64,000 bases of DNA from Hormiphora californensis (Eukaryota; Animalia; Ctenophora), in NCBI GenBank assembly GCA_020137815.1, contig CM035357.1:7192001-7256000 (forward strand), written 5' to 3'. Positions 17,823 through 29,751 of this stretch are shown here, one piece after another. The translations under genes and the position numbers were made by a program. Numbering within the stretch: position 1 is the first letter of the stretch; each line of letters opens with the position of its first letter. The notes under the pieces are model-generated. The model was not told the origin of the DNA. It made no database searches and was given only the letters and a program-made list of their open reading frames with translations.

Positions 17823-20185
17823 TCAAGCCCTCTCCTCACTCTTTTTAATTCGATCTATCTCGCTGAGATGAGAGTTGATTCTCGCCAGCTGTCTCTGCAG
17901 TTCCTCAACCCCGCTACTCCGAGACGAGGAACTAGCATTCCTAGAGGATGTATCACAGCCCATAAACAACCCAGAATGGACCCCAGAACGGCCAGACTGG
18001 ACCCCAGAACGGCCAGACTGGACCCCAGAACGGCCAGACATATTCTTGCCCTGGCTGGCGGGTGTTGAACTCATGGGCGGGTTTAGAGTTGTATCACGTG
18101 ACGACATAACTGCACTACTATCTGTTAGTGTGTGTTGGGACATGGAGCTACTGAGATCGGAGGAGAGGTTGACACTGTTTTGGGAGCTCAGTATCTCCTG
18201 GATTATCGATGATGTTAGGGAGGGTGGTAGTGATTTAGTTAGTGGGGAGGTATAGGAGATGGGAGCAGGTTGGGTGACACACACCACTCCCCCCATTTCC
18301 CGTAGTTGTCGGTTTATCTTCAACTGCTCCTTTATCAAACCAGACAAATCCAAGTCTTCATCAGCAGGAGGAGGGACTAGTGTCGCTGTGTTGGATACAA
18401 CAGTACACACTTCGTCCTCCAACTCACCACTCTCATCTAGAACTGTCAGATCGAGTGCACTATCAGGGGGATGTACAGCAGGGGAGATACTGAGAGATGT
18501 TGTGTTATCACTACTGTGTAGTGGGAAGTAAAGGTTCAAACTGGGCCTGCTTTCATCAGCAAGAGGGTCCTCAGGGGCTGCTGTGGGATCATGAAGAGAA
18601 GAAGTGATAGAGATATCACGGAGAGGAGGAGAGGTGGCAGGTATCTCAATCACCTCTACATCATCTTCATCATCATGATCAATTATAGAAAACACTTCCT
18701 CCCCCTGTCCACCAATCACAATACCAGCTGATTCCTCACACACCCCACTCTCTCCAGCTCCCTCCCTTTGACAGACCCCACTCTCTCCCGCTCCCTCCCT
18801 TCCAGATATAATAGAGCTCACCTCAGACCTCTCTTCAATCGTCTCCAGTCCCTGTAGCACAGCAGCACTTGGAGGTAGCACCATCTCCCTCACCCCTCCT
18901 CCCTGTAACCTCTCAAACACATCCTCTACCGCATGCTCCATCTCAATTTGGTGCTGTTTCTCGCCCGCCTCCCGGACATGAGCACTAGCGAATATGTTGC
19001 TTTGGAATGTGGAACTGCGCTTTTTTGTTCTGTTTATCACAGCATATCGGTCCAGAGCTGTCGTGACATCATTTAGCACATTCTTTAGTTGGACTTTAGC
19101 TAGTGCAGCTGTTCCACGTACATCGGCCCGCTCCTCACGAGCCTGCTTAGACTGTGCCAACTGAGGGAGGGGGTGAGTTGTTGTCAATTTGGTGTGACAA
19201 TGGGATAGGTACAAGAATGATATAAACAATAGGTTAGATACGATAATGATATAAACAAGATGATCAAGTAAAGTCCCAAGTACATCACCACCACCAGAAA
19301 AGTCCCAATTAGTTACCTGTGCTTTACACTCCTCCATAAGTCTCTCCATTTCCGTTGCAGCTACCTTTGCATTCTCACCCCTCTCCTCTTCAACCACCCC
19401 AGCATTAGAGGGCAGATGGAAGAGAGTTTTGGTGTTAGCATCTAGCCCCTTTAGAGGTTTAGTTGTGGTTGTTTGGGGGAGATCAAGGAGAGGTAATGGA
19501 TTCTTGAACGGGTTCTCCAACAGCCTAAAAAGATGAATTAGAATGTTAAGATATCTGAGAAGTGATTTAAGAGCAGTTTTTAGAAGAATTGTAGTGTACC
19601 TTCTTGTTCTCTCCCTCTCTTCCTCCAGTGCTTTGTTCTTCAGCTCCACACCCCTCGTCTCCTCTACAGACCGTGCATTATTCTGAATCTTCACCTCCTT
19701 CATAGCAGATCTAAACCGGGCTGCAGCTCTCCTCCTGTTCCTCGCAGTCTCTTCCTTCTTCTGTTTCTCCAGCTCCTGTTCGTTCACTTCCTCTGCATCG
19801 CACTGTCCCTGCCCTACTGAAATGAGAGCGTCCTCCAGCTGCTTCCGAAGCTCATTTTCCTTGTTCTCAAGGTCATCTATCTTCTCTTTTGTTCTCTGCG
19901 TAGGGGGGAAATGTAATGATTCGAGGGGCAGGAAATAGCGATATATAATGTAGTTTCAATAGACACAAAGACCAGTGAAATAGTGCGGTGAGTGAAATAG
20001 AGTACCTTTATTTCCTGGTGCACTTGTTGTTGTTTACATTTTGCGACATGGTCTACAACTCGTTTCTTGCTCCAAGAGCACGCCTGTCTGCGTGCTGCAA
20101 TCAATCGCTCTCTTTTCAATTGTTCTTGGTTTTGTTTTCGAAATTGTGCCTCTTCATTGGGGCTTGGCACTAATATTCTTGGCAT
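17823..20185 (-). CDS. CEP295: Centrosomal protein CEP295/Ana1-like
   Basis: Exon 1 (20185-20006) SPNEEAQFRKQ...KRERLIAARRQ and exon 2 (from 19895) EDALISVGQGQCDAEE...ARNRRRAAARFRSAM...KALEEERER match the CEP295 N-terminal domain. Low-complexity C-terminus; small in-frame introns are likely. Confidence 0.75.
17977..18040. repeat. 21-bp coding tandem repeat x3 (SGRSGVQ)
   Basis: TGGACCCCAGAACGGCCAGAC three times. Confidence 0.9.
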
Positions 20186-20611
20186 TGCTAAACACAGAGT
20201 TACTAGTTCATAAAATGGGACAATTGAGATGTATAAACTATATCTTATTACAATCCAATGCAATTAATATTTGTAGGTATCACGTATCATATCGTAACTG
20301 CCGAGTGCCGTCCCAGTCTCATCCAACTTGGAGGATAGGAAATCGGATATCATGTTAGAAATCAGATCACGTATCACAATTGCCTAGTGCAGTACCATAA
20401 AAGGAGCGGATTAAAATTGATGGATTAAAATATATATCATAGCTGTTTTCTGAAAAAGACATTGCTAAGACATGTCAAAGGATGGGTAAATAAGTTTTAG
20501 TTTCCCCGAGGCGCGATGAATCCATAGACCCAGTTTGCTATTCTATTGACTATTTCCATAATTAACAGCTTCGTTCAAAAATCTCATTTTACCAGATGCC
20601 AATGTACAACC

Positions 20612-20917
20612 CAGGGGTGTAGGAATAGGGGGGGGGGGGGGCGAGGGGGGCGCCCCCCCCCCACTTTTGGCCAGGTTCGCCCCCTCACTTTTGTCGCCAA
20701 CAGTCAACACTCATTCCCAAATGACGAAATCATGACTTTTTGGCTCAAACCCTAAAAATTTTCTCGGGCTCCGCTGTCGCTCCGCCCGATGTATAGTAAA
20801 TGCAATGGAATAGGTGACTAAATCTTGCTCACAAAAAATTTTCTTGGGCGCTGGCCAGCGCTGTAATTGGTCACGTGACTTCGCCCCCTCACTTGAAAAA
20901 TCATTCCTACACCCCTG
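20612..20917. mobile_element. hAT-family MITE with perfect 8-bp TSD
   Basis: TIR CAGGGGTGTAGGAAT/ATTCCTACACCCCTG; TSD GTACAACC at 20604-20611 and 20918-20925. Confidence 0.9.
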
Positions 20918-23900
20918 GTACAACCAGTGGAAAACGTCAAACGAGGCAAGGCGGGCAACTTTTGGTTCGAAAAACGAATAATGAAAACAAAACAATAAAT
21001 CAATTCATCCTCGGATCAATTTATCCTCGGATCCTCAAGTTCTTCAGGTCACCAGTTCAGTATTTGTTAGACTAGTGATAGCAATCTTCCTCCGATTTCC
21101 TCTTAATGCAATAAGGCATGATCTCAGGAGGGAGAATCGTAGCCTCGTCCTCAGGTGCGCCATCACTTCACTGTACGGTTCTCCGGTTCTTGTGGAGACT
21201 CGGTGTGAGAGAGTCTTGAGCACCTTTTGGAACTCGTTGGCTATCCCGCCTGCTGTATTCATAACCAGCGGAGAGAAGGCACCCCCTTCAACTTCTCTTA
21301 CACGCTTTCCGTACGACTGCTTCTTGCTAGCCTCGTTTCTTCGGTAGAGTTGGTCGAGGGGCGTGTCGATATAGGAGGGCGAATTGGCATGGAAAATTCG
21401 CACATCCATATGAGCCAGCTGCATTTTTCGCCACATGTCAAGTGCTATCACATCCATCCTTGCATCAGGGGCTGTGTTTGCCGAAGGGTGAAAGTGTATG
21501 CCGTCCGGACAAGGGAGAAGTAGCTTCTCTGTTTCCACACCTTTGAGGCCCGCATACGAGCATATCTCCGCCATTAGGTCCCTGATGTTGTCGTGACGGA
21601 GGATGGAATAGCCCCCGGTTGAACAGGACAAGGTATGGTCCGCATTGTTTGGCTTTCCACATACGCATGTCGCGCCCAAATCTTTGACCTCAAACCCGTA
21701 TCGCAGTGCCACTGAGTCGACGAATTCCAATTGATTCAGTTCGAAGCCCAGGTGAGGGTAGGGTGTTGCTGTGAGCCATACAGATGCTCCGGCCTCTCCA
21801 GCGAGCTCTAGACATCTCACTAGCTTTGGGCATGTGATTCTAGTGAGTAACTCTTTGAGAGTGTCTGAGTGGTGGTCCTCATTCTCCTTTGCTATCTTGT
21901 TCCTTGCCTCTCTTGCATTCTTCTCCACTAGAGCCATTTCTATTTCTTCTTCGTTACGGCATAGTATCAAATCAACAAGGGGCTTCGTCAATGCTCGGGA
22001 GTTGCTGTATGATCTGTCAGAGGTTTTGACCGGGTTCTCAATTCCCATTCCACCTTTTCCAGAGGGGAGTGCCAGTATCTCCCGTTCTAGGTCGGACACT
22101 TGACGGCCCACCAGACATGGAATCAACTGTGAACGGATGGTGTGTTCAAGCGGATCAAACAGATCACTGATGTCTGGAACTGTTCGCTGGAGAAAGGCCC
22201 ACTTGAATCGGAAGCTTCTCACAAAGTTGCTGTACGCCAAATGAGGATGGGCTTTGGCAATAGCCACAAGATTTTCCAGCTCAATGCACCATTTGGAAAC
22301 TGCAGCAGAAACAAATGTTTGCTTGAAGGTCTCAGATCCTATGGAAGCACCTAGGTGACGAGCACCTTCAGCAGTGATTTGAACCCCAGTATCTCCAAAC
22401 AGTCGCTTAGCATGGTCGAGCAGTTCAGGTTTCACGATAAGATGGCACTTTGCAGGGTTTACAAAATATCCGAAACTGGGGCCAAAGGTTGTCACCTTGT
22501 CAAACCACTCTAACAAGCCCGTGAGCTTCCCTGCATTGTTTGCATCATCTGCATACCACACTTGTGTTGTATCTGGCGTCTCCGCAAGCTCGATCAGTCT
22601 TAGTATGCCAATTGAGTAGAAGTCCATTGCAGCTGGATCTCCCTGTGTGGCTCCTTCAGAGCTCCACAGTAGCTTTTCACCAACAAAAAGTGCCCTTGGC
22701 TTCCCGTAGATGTTGGTCAGAAATGTGGAGAGGTCCGGACAGTAGAAGGTAGTGTTCTTCAGGGCCATTTTCCGGTTGAGATTGTTAAACGCGTTCTGGG
22801 CGTCCAACAACAGTACACCTTCACATTCCTCAGATTCAAACTTCTCACTCAGTGCATGGATCGCTGCCTCCACACCTCCTAACTGACCTGCAGCTAGTTG
22901 AACCTTTCCAGCCGCACTCTTGATGTCCGACTTGATGGTGCGAATAATGGCCTTGGTCATAACACGTCTGAAACACTCTCCTATTCCAATAGGACGTGTT
23001 CCACCTCCAGGCTTGGCAAGGGGCATGAGGCGACTTGCACAGAAAATGTCCAAAGCTTTCAAGTCAACCTGCTCTGTGGCTAGGGTCCGAGCTGCTTTTG
23101 CAAGCGCTGTGCACAGTGCTGGGGGTGATTTCTTGAATTTCCTGGAGCAAAGGATTCGGTGTATTCCTGTTGCATCTAGTCCACTTGGTCCTCCACTACC
23201 TTTGAGGCTTTTGCCGCATGAGAAAATCGTTTGCCCATTCATACCGTCAAAGGTGACTTCCAATACTGCATCTGTTGGCCCCTGTCTCGCCAGGGTACTG
23301 TTGGCAGGCTGACCCTTTGGGTGTTTCTCTAGCAGATCAGACAATACGGACTCGTCGTTGCAGTCCTTAACTCCAGTTGTATGCCTCTCGGGGTTCAACC
23401 ATGCAGTTGCCTCTGTAACTCTCCCCTCTCTGGTTAGGTCCACAAACCTCTTAGTGCAGAGTTCAGAAGATGGGACATTGTGCTTCAATGGTTTCTGGAT
23501 AACCTTGGCTTCCCGAACCAACGCCTCAAAGTCTCCATCGTGCCACAGTTTTAGGCGTCGTTTGAGAACTTGAGCATGCTCCCGATTCTTCGACTTCTTG
23601 GCCGGCTTCTGGAGTAGCAGCAGTGGGGCTATAACCAAAGCAGATAAGGACCATCCTCTGGTGTCTTCCCTATCACTGAAGAGACCTGCCAGTCTGGTAA
23701 GTTCATCAATGAAAGAACGGCCCACTTGACCGAAGGGAACTTTGAACAGGTTGGTTGACCATCCCTGACTGATCATAGAGATGTTGGAGAAAGCCTCGAT
23801 GAGCTCTTCCCCATTCAACGGTCCCCAACAGTTAGCTTTACAAGGCTCTGTAGTCTTCCAAACTAATCTGTTTAGGTTGAAACAGGCAGTACAATACCAC

Positions 23901-23949
23901 ACTACAGGTGTATGAACCATTTGTTCAGATTGATTAACCGGTGTCATAC

Positions 23950-23992
23950 AGTTTCAGGCTTTTCGGCACTACTTTAAACAAATTAATTTGAG
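23950..23992 (+). other. Genomic copy of spliced-leader exon at LINE 5' end
   Basis: AGTTTCAGGCTTTTCGGCACTACTTTAAACAAATTAATTTGAG, not followed by GT. Matches my recollection of the ctenophore SL 3' part and aligns with the copies at 44564 and 44967. Confidence 0.8.
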
Positions 23993-24042
23993 GACGCAAT
24001 GTTCTTGGATTAACAGCCTGTTTTAGCCATGGAGTTTTAGGA

Positions 24043-24486
24043 ATGGTTGTTAACAACGCCTCCAACATGATTCTAGACAACACACCTCTAGAGGAAGTCT
24101 TTACCAGGGTATCATCGCCCGTGTTGGAGAGGATTATACAGATTGTACAAAAGGAGCTAGAGAGGCGTAAGAGAGATGGAGTTCCAGAAAAGGATCCGAA
24201 TCAGTTTGTTACCCACCACGGGAGATATGTTTCTGATGAGGACCTCGAGATGATGAAATGGGAAGTAGGAGGATTAACTGGCAAGAATACCTGGCTAACT
24301 AACACTGGGTGTCCCTACGGGTGGGCCAATGTGGACCTGCCACCCAGGGACATAACTAAATACCCGAACATTAACAAGCTGATGGGGAGGATTAACAAGG
24401 ACCAAGGGACTGAGTTCAACTCCTGCCTAGTCACTAGATACAGAAAAGGGGACGGCGTGGGATACCACTCAGATTTCGAGACTTCG
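24043..24486 (+). pseudogene. Truncated AlkB-like 2OG-Fe(II) dioxygenase domain (LINE ORF1 position)
   Basis: WL..TGCPYGW....INKLMGRIN....FNSCLVTRYRKGDGVGYHSDFE (HxD at 24466-24474). The distal His/Arg motifs are lost at the deletion junction near 24486. Confidence 0.75.
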
Positions 24487-26003
24487 CTGGTGCAGATAAT
24501 ATTGACGGTGTTGTGCTTAAGAAATGTCATAAATCCCTAGCTTATCCACTCACCCTTATATTTAATAAATCATACTCAGAGGGATGTATACCAACAGAAT
24601 GGAAAACCGCGAACGTTGTCCCAGTTTACAAGAAAGGGGAACGATCATGCGTTGAGAATTATAGGCCTATATCCCTGACTTGCCTTGTTATGAAAGTTTT
24701 TGAGAAATTAGTAAGAGAACGCCTATATAAAGCTTGTCTAGAAAAAATAACTCCCTACCAGCATGGTTTTGTACCCTTGAAATCATGTACATCACAACTG
24801 ATTGAGTTTAATTGTGAATTAGCGTTGAACATAAATAACCGAAATCAAACTGATATAGTTTACTTTGACTTTCAGAAAGCCTTCGATAGTGTATCTCATG
24901 ATGTAATAATAAATAAGCTGAAAAATGAGTTTAATTTAGGAGGTAAGATGTTACGTTTCCTAATGAATTATTTATCTGGTAGGCAACAGAGGGTTGTGTT
25001 AGATGGGGAATTTTCAGAATGGGTAGAGGTTAGGAGTGGAGTTCCACAAGGATCAATACTAGGTCCTTTCTTGTTTGTGTTATTCATAAATGATATTGTT
25101 AATGTTTTAAGAGAAGATGATCTAACCAAAATTAGGCTATATGCAGATGATCTGAAAATTTGGCGGGTTATAAATAGTGAAGAAGATAGTTTGCAGCCCG
25201 ACATCGATAGTTTAGTGGAATGGGCAAAGGATAATAAAATGATATTCCATCCTAAAAAGTGTAAGCTGCTTAGGTGTACTAAAATTATTAAACAACGTCA
25301 ATTAAATTATCACCTAGGCAGAGATGAAATCAAATTATGTGAAAATGAAGTTGATCTAGGAGTCTCAACTAATCACAAGTTGTCGCCAATCGAACACCAG
25401 AAAAATGTTGTTTCCAAAGCTTCTCAAAGATTAGGACTGGTGAAGCGTGTAGGCGTATTAGTTAAATGTCCCCTTAAAAAGAAGAACCTCTACATTAGTC
25501 TAGTTAGATCTTTGTTCGAACACTGTAGCCAAATATGGCGTCCACAAAGTGAGTCAAGTCTGCTTAAGTTTGAACGACTCCAGAAACGTGCCACAAAATG
25601 GATATTCGGTGAAACAGATACCAGTTATAGTTTAGATACGTATATAAAGAAACTCAGGGAGATTGACGTACTCCCAATGACTCAAAAATTCCAATATAAT
25701 GATCTTAAATTGTTCCATAAAATATTCTATGAGACGTCTCCTATAAAACTCCCATCTTTCCTACAAAAATACAATTCGGAATTACATGACAGACGTGCCA
25801 CCAGACAACAAACAAAACGAGACAGTACGGACATTATATGTACCGAACAACCCAGAGTAGACCTGTTCAAAAACTGTTACTTTTATCGCTGCCACCTTGA
25901 GTGGAACTTACTTCCTAAAGAACTGAGAAATACAGCTGAACACCATTTATTTTCCTCTAGACTGAAAGACCATCTCTGGAAAGCCTTACACGACATAACT
26001 TAA
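24486..26003 (+). CDS. LINE ORF2 reverse transcriptase (no APE domain retained)
   Basis: Open frame from AGADNIDGVVLKKC..LAYPL..IFNKS through YADD to WNLLP. Confidence 0.9.
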   Translation, partial: AGADNIDGVVLKKCHKSLAYPLTLIFNKSYSEGCIPTEWKTANVVPVYKKGERSCVENYRPISLTCLVMKVFEKLVRERLYKACLEKITPYQHGFVPLKSCTSQLIEFNCELALNINNRNQTDIVYFDFQKAFDSVSHDVIINKLKNEFNLGGKMLRFLMNYLSGRQQRVVLDGEFSEWVEVRSGVPQGSILGPFLFVLFINDIVNVLREDDLTKIRLYADDLKIWRVINSEEDSLQPDIDSLVEWAKDNKMIFHPKKCKLLRCTKIIKQRQLNYHLGRDEIKLCENEVDLGVSTNHKLSPIEHQKNVVSKASQRLGLVKRVGVLVKCPLKKKNLYISLVRSLFEHCSQIWRPQSESSLLKFERLQKRATKWIFGETDTSYSLDTYIKKLREIDVLPMTQKFQYNDLKLFHKIFYETSPIKLPSFLQKYNSELHDRRATRQQTKRDSTDIICTEQPRVDLFKNCYFYRCHLEWNLLPKELRNTAEHHLFSSRLKDHLWKALHDIT

Positions 26004-27336
26004 TTCGCTGCTGTGGTGTGGGCCCCTTTCTCTTCTTTTAACTTTACAGTAACTGTCCTTCTTCCGCACATAGCTTTCATTCTTACATTGTACTCAAATT
26101 GAAGGTTTGGAGTGGTGTTGAACAGTTTGAAACAAGATGGTGGACCCGCACCACAGATGTGAATTATAACTGATCTTAACATCTACCCAACAGTCGACAT
26201 GACGTTAAATTCGGGGTATGGTTCATGGGGGAGGGAGGTGGGGGATTGGGAATCAAGGGTAAGTATTAAGTATAATTGTTATTATTATTGAGTGAAATAA
26301 ATTTAGCTTATAACTAGTATAAGAGTGTGTCGTAGCCTTATAGCTACTTTTTTTAAATATTTTTAAATTAGTTTTTTAAGACGTAAGCACTCGCGCCATA
26401 GGCTGCTAAACTATTAGTAAGAGTCAGTCGGGTATTTATTTAATGTGCAATTTGTACGTTTATATAATATCTATTTCAAATCAAATCAAATCAGGTCTGG
26501 TGAAAAGGTTCATGACATGCTTCACATTTGGCATTCTCATAAGACGGCAGTGTTTCATAGCATTGCCCACACTTCTCTTCTGTAAACCACCTCGACTCAT
26601 TTATCAATCTGCTTATGGGCGTTGAGTTTGAAATGGGTGTTCCCCTTGTGATGCTGGTGTTGGGAGTAGCATAATCATGGTCACCGTCTGAAGCCGATCC
26701 TGAGCTGTCGGAGGATAGAGAGTCGTCAGGGGATACGACAAACGATCTGAGGTGAGCTTGTGGGTGGAACGGTCTATGTAGGGATGATGACGGCCGAAGG
26801 GCTACTGGTGAGAGACGTGCCTTGGCTTTGGATCGCGTGATCATGTGATCGGGGTGGTGAGTGATTGTTGAGAATTCTCAACTTGTTGGGTGTATGAATA
26901 ATAAGTCCTTTCCGCGGAAATTTCCGGGAAGAACTTTGACGTTTCGTTGAGTGTGCTCAACTAGAAAAAGAAAATAAAGAAGAGATCTTGTTGATCTTAA
27001 CGTCTGGAACCCTCTCTGGCCTATCGATGGCCAGAGAGACAAATAGCAACAAAACGAACTTTAAAAAATCAGACCTATTTCCCAATCCGAAATCAAAAAC
27101 GAATCGAAAATTTACAAAAATCTGTCTGTTTTAAAAACTTCCAATCTCTTGATTTTTGCGGCCGCAACGATGAAATACGACAAATCGCGCGTTACATCAT
27201 AAGCAGCGGGACAATCTTTCAGAGCGCGTCCCAAAGATTCTCAGGATTCGCGGAGAGCTGGGCCGCGGTTCCAAAGTTTAAAACTTCGAGACTCGCAGTT
27301 TCAACTTCCTCCGACCTTTTCGTTTCGTTTGCAGTC

Positions 27337-28065
27337 ATGTCGCGTTCGAATCATGTACAGATGGCCAAGCTGGCTGAGCAGGCTGAGAGATACAGTGACA
27401 TGGCAGTAGAAATGAGGAAAGCTATCGAGGTATGCTCTGGAAGCATCGGTGAAGATGAGAGGAATCTATTTTCTGTGGCATACAAAAATGTTGTTGGTCA
27501 GCGAAGATCTTCGTGGAGGTCGATGGCTGGGATTGAGAAGAAGTTGGAAGAGAGTGACCCAAAGCTGCCCCTTGTCAGGGATTATAAGAAGAAGATCGAA
27601 GGATGAGCTGACGGAACTGTGTAGTGAAGTGTTGTCAATTCCTAAACGGTATGCTATTGAATCAGTGCACGGAGAGTTGTGGGAAAGTATTTTATCTGAA
27701 GATGAAGGGAGACTACCTGAGGTACCTGGCGGAGATTAAGAAAGATGCAGGAGGATAAAGTTGAGGTAGGGAGCTGCTGCAGGATGTTTACCAGGAGGCC
27801 TGGGAAGTTCTCTCAAGCGGAACTGGAACCAACACATCCAATCCACCTGGGTCTGGCCCTCAACTACTCTGTCTACTACTTCGAGATCATGGATGACAAA
27901 GAGAAAGCCTGTCAGTTGGCTAAATCAGCGTTCAATGATGCCATCAGTATGCTGGATAGTTTGAAAGAAGATAGTTATAAGGACAGCACGCTCATTATGC
28001 AGCTACTTCGAGACAACCTGACGCTGTGGAGCGCTGAAGGGGACGATGAGGAGGATGGGAAATAA
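27337..28065 (+). CDS. 14-3-3 protein, intronless (several 1-bp frameshifts at 27600-27800)
   Basis: [68 protein letters not shown]. Confidence 0.9.
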
Positions 28066-29018
28066 AGGAGAGAGAGAGAGAGTATTATTGTTAGTGTTCG
28101 ATACAGTTCTGAGATCTAAATAACATTTCTGTTTATTTGTGCGTTCTTCTCAGGCAGGTTCTCAGTCTCCAGTATCTGTTTGTTGAAAAAGAACTCATTA
28201 GGAGAAGGAATGGAACAACGAAAAAGAGAGAGAATTATATATCTATGTTTGGTTTTTTGTGTTTGCTAAATCGTTCATGTTGTTTAATGATGGATATATA
28301 TAAATAGGCTAAATTCTTTCAATTTAACTTGATGTGCACAGGTTTATTATATACGTGTGTCTATACACCACTCAAAGTAATTTAAAATTATATATTTAAG
28401 CACTATGTGCCCCGATATTTTTCTAAACTTTTACCCCCTCACACCCCGCACCTCACACAATATATCACACTCACACCTCACACACCCCGCCTATCATCAT
28501 CTGTATTTGAGAGTACATCACATATATTGCCGCATGATATTGAAGAGACCTCAGGAGATTAATTGTAAATAGATATATAGGGAGTGTGATCGTTTTGTAA
28601 TGTTATCCAAAAAGATCACACTGAGATACGTGTTGCACGTGTGTGTGTGTTCTTGTTGTACAATTATATATTTTGCCATACACAGTTGTTATGATGTGCG
28701 GAATATGATTTGTTTTCATCCCTCCCCTCCCCAATGTAGGACATTCTTCCCATCGGGCTCCTCCCCTCCCAATTAGTGACCACTGTCTCCCCGTCCCCCA
28801 CCCCCTATATGTCACTGCTGACTACTACCCTGTCCCCTTCTCCAAACATGTCTATACAACTTTATAACTAACCGCCTCCTCTCCCTCTCTAGCTAGTGTA
28901 GCTTGATCTGAGTTGCTTGTTCGAGTGTCCGGAGCCCCCACCAGTTCACACCTCTACACAGCAAACACACAGATTCGAGTAAGAGCAGCAGCCGAGAGAG
29001 CACGATAATCCAAAAGTT

Positions 29019-29669
29019 ATGACTGACTGTGATACGCTGATTATCCTGGCCAAGTGGGCGGAGAGTGCGGAACGATATGACGACATGGCTGAATACATGA
29101 AGGAGGTAATATTATCGTGAATAACTTTGCGGGCGGAGAGTGCATTTTCTCTCTTGTTCTCAGTACATGCGCCATGGAACATGCACTCATTCTTATCTCT
29201 CTCTTCCCATGCATACTTATCACCCATATCAGGTTTCCCTAACCCATTCTTATCAGTATACTACTCTACCCTTAGCACGCTATGTGTGCTGATGTATCAC
29301 CATGATTTAACTCGTTTATGACATAAACACCAGATACATGTTCAAATTATCAAAAAAAGCCCCACCCATCTGTCCTATCCTAAACAGTTCACCCCTCCCC
29401 CTCCAGATGACTACACAAGTGAAGGAGCTGTCCCAGGAAGTGCGAAACTTGCTCTCTGTTGCTTACAAGAATGTTGTTGGAGCTCGACGGTCCTCCTGGA
29501 GGGTTCTCTCTTCCATCGAAGGAAAGGTTTGTGCTATACCTTGTCTCTCAACACATTTAGTTGTCTTCTACTTTATACACCATTTAGATTCTCTCCTCTC
29601 AACATCTCTCTCCCTCTCTCTTCCCTCCTTCTTTCTCTTTCTCTCTTGCTCACTGTTTCTCTTGCTCAC

Positions 29670-29751
<82 letters not shown>

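Larger units (their letters stand above)
23951..26492 (+). mobile_element. CR1-like LINE (internally deleted): SL - AlkB-like ORF - RT - (TCAAA)n tail
   Basis: RT motifs NYRPISL, YFDFQKAFD, SGVPQGSILGP, YADD; 3' tail TTTCAAATCAAATCAAATC; CAG microhomology/TSD at 23949-23951 and 26492-26494. Confidence 0.9.
21034..26962 (-). mobile_element. CRE-like non-LTR retrotransposon (PHD - RT - CCHC - restriction-like endonuclease), interrupted by a nested LINE
   Basis: ORF 26844-26494 joins 23950-21044 in frame (about 1085 aa). PHD CGQC..CEAC..H..C..WYCTAC; RT motifs RPIGIGE, LDAQNAFN, QGDP, YADD; CVCG..H..SC knuckle; RHD and RMDV...DVRI...K RLE motifs. Confidence 0.9.

Noticed and set aside
21034-26962. 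CRE/NeSL-style site-specific insertion into an SL RNA gene
   Set aside because: The SL lies inside the CRE-like ORF at the nested LINE's 5' junction, and the CRE element's own flanks are not SL sequence.
27600-27800. Programmed frameshifting in 14-3-3 (and CEP19 near 37620)
   Set aside because: Multiple single-base indels in short runs are better explained by sequencing error.
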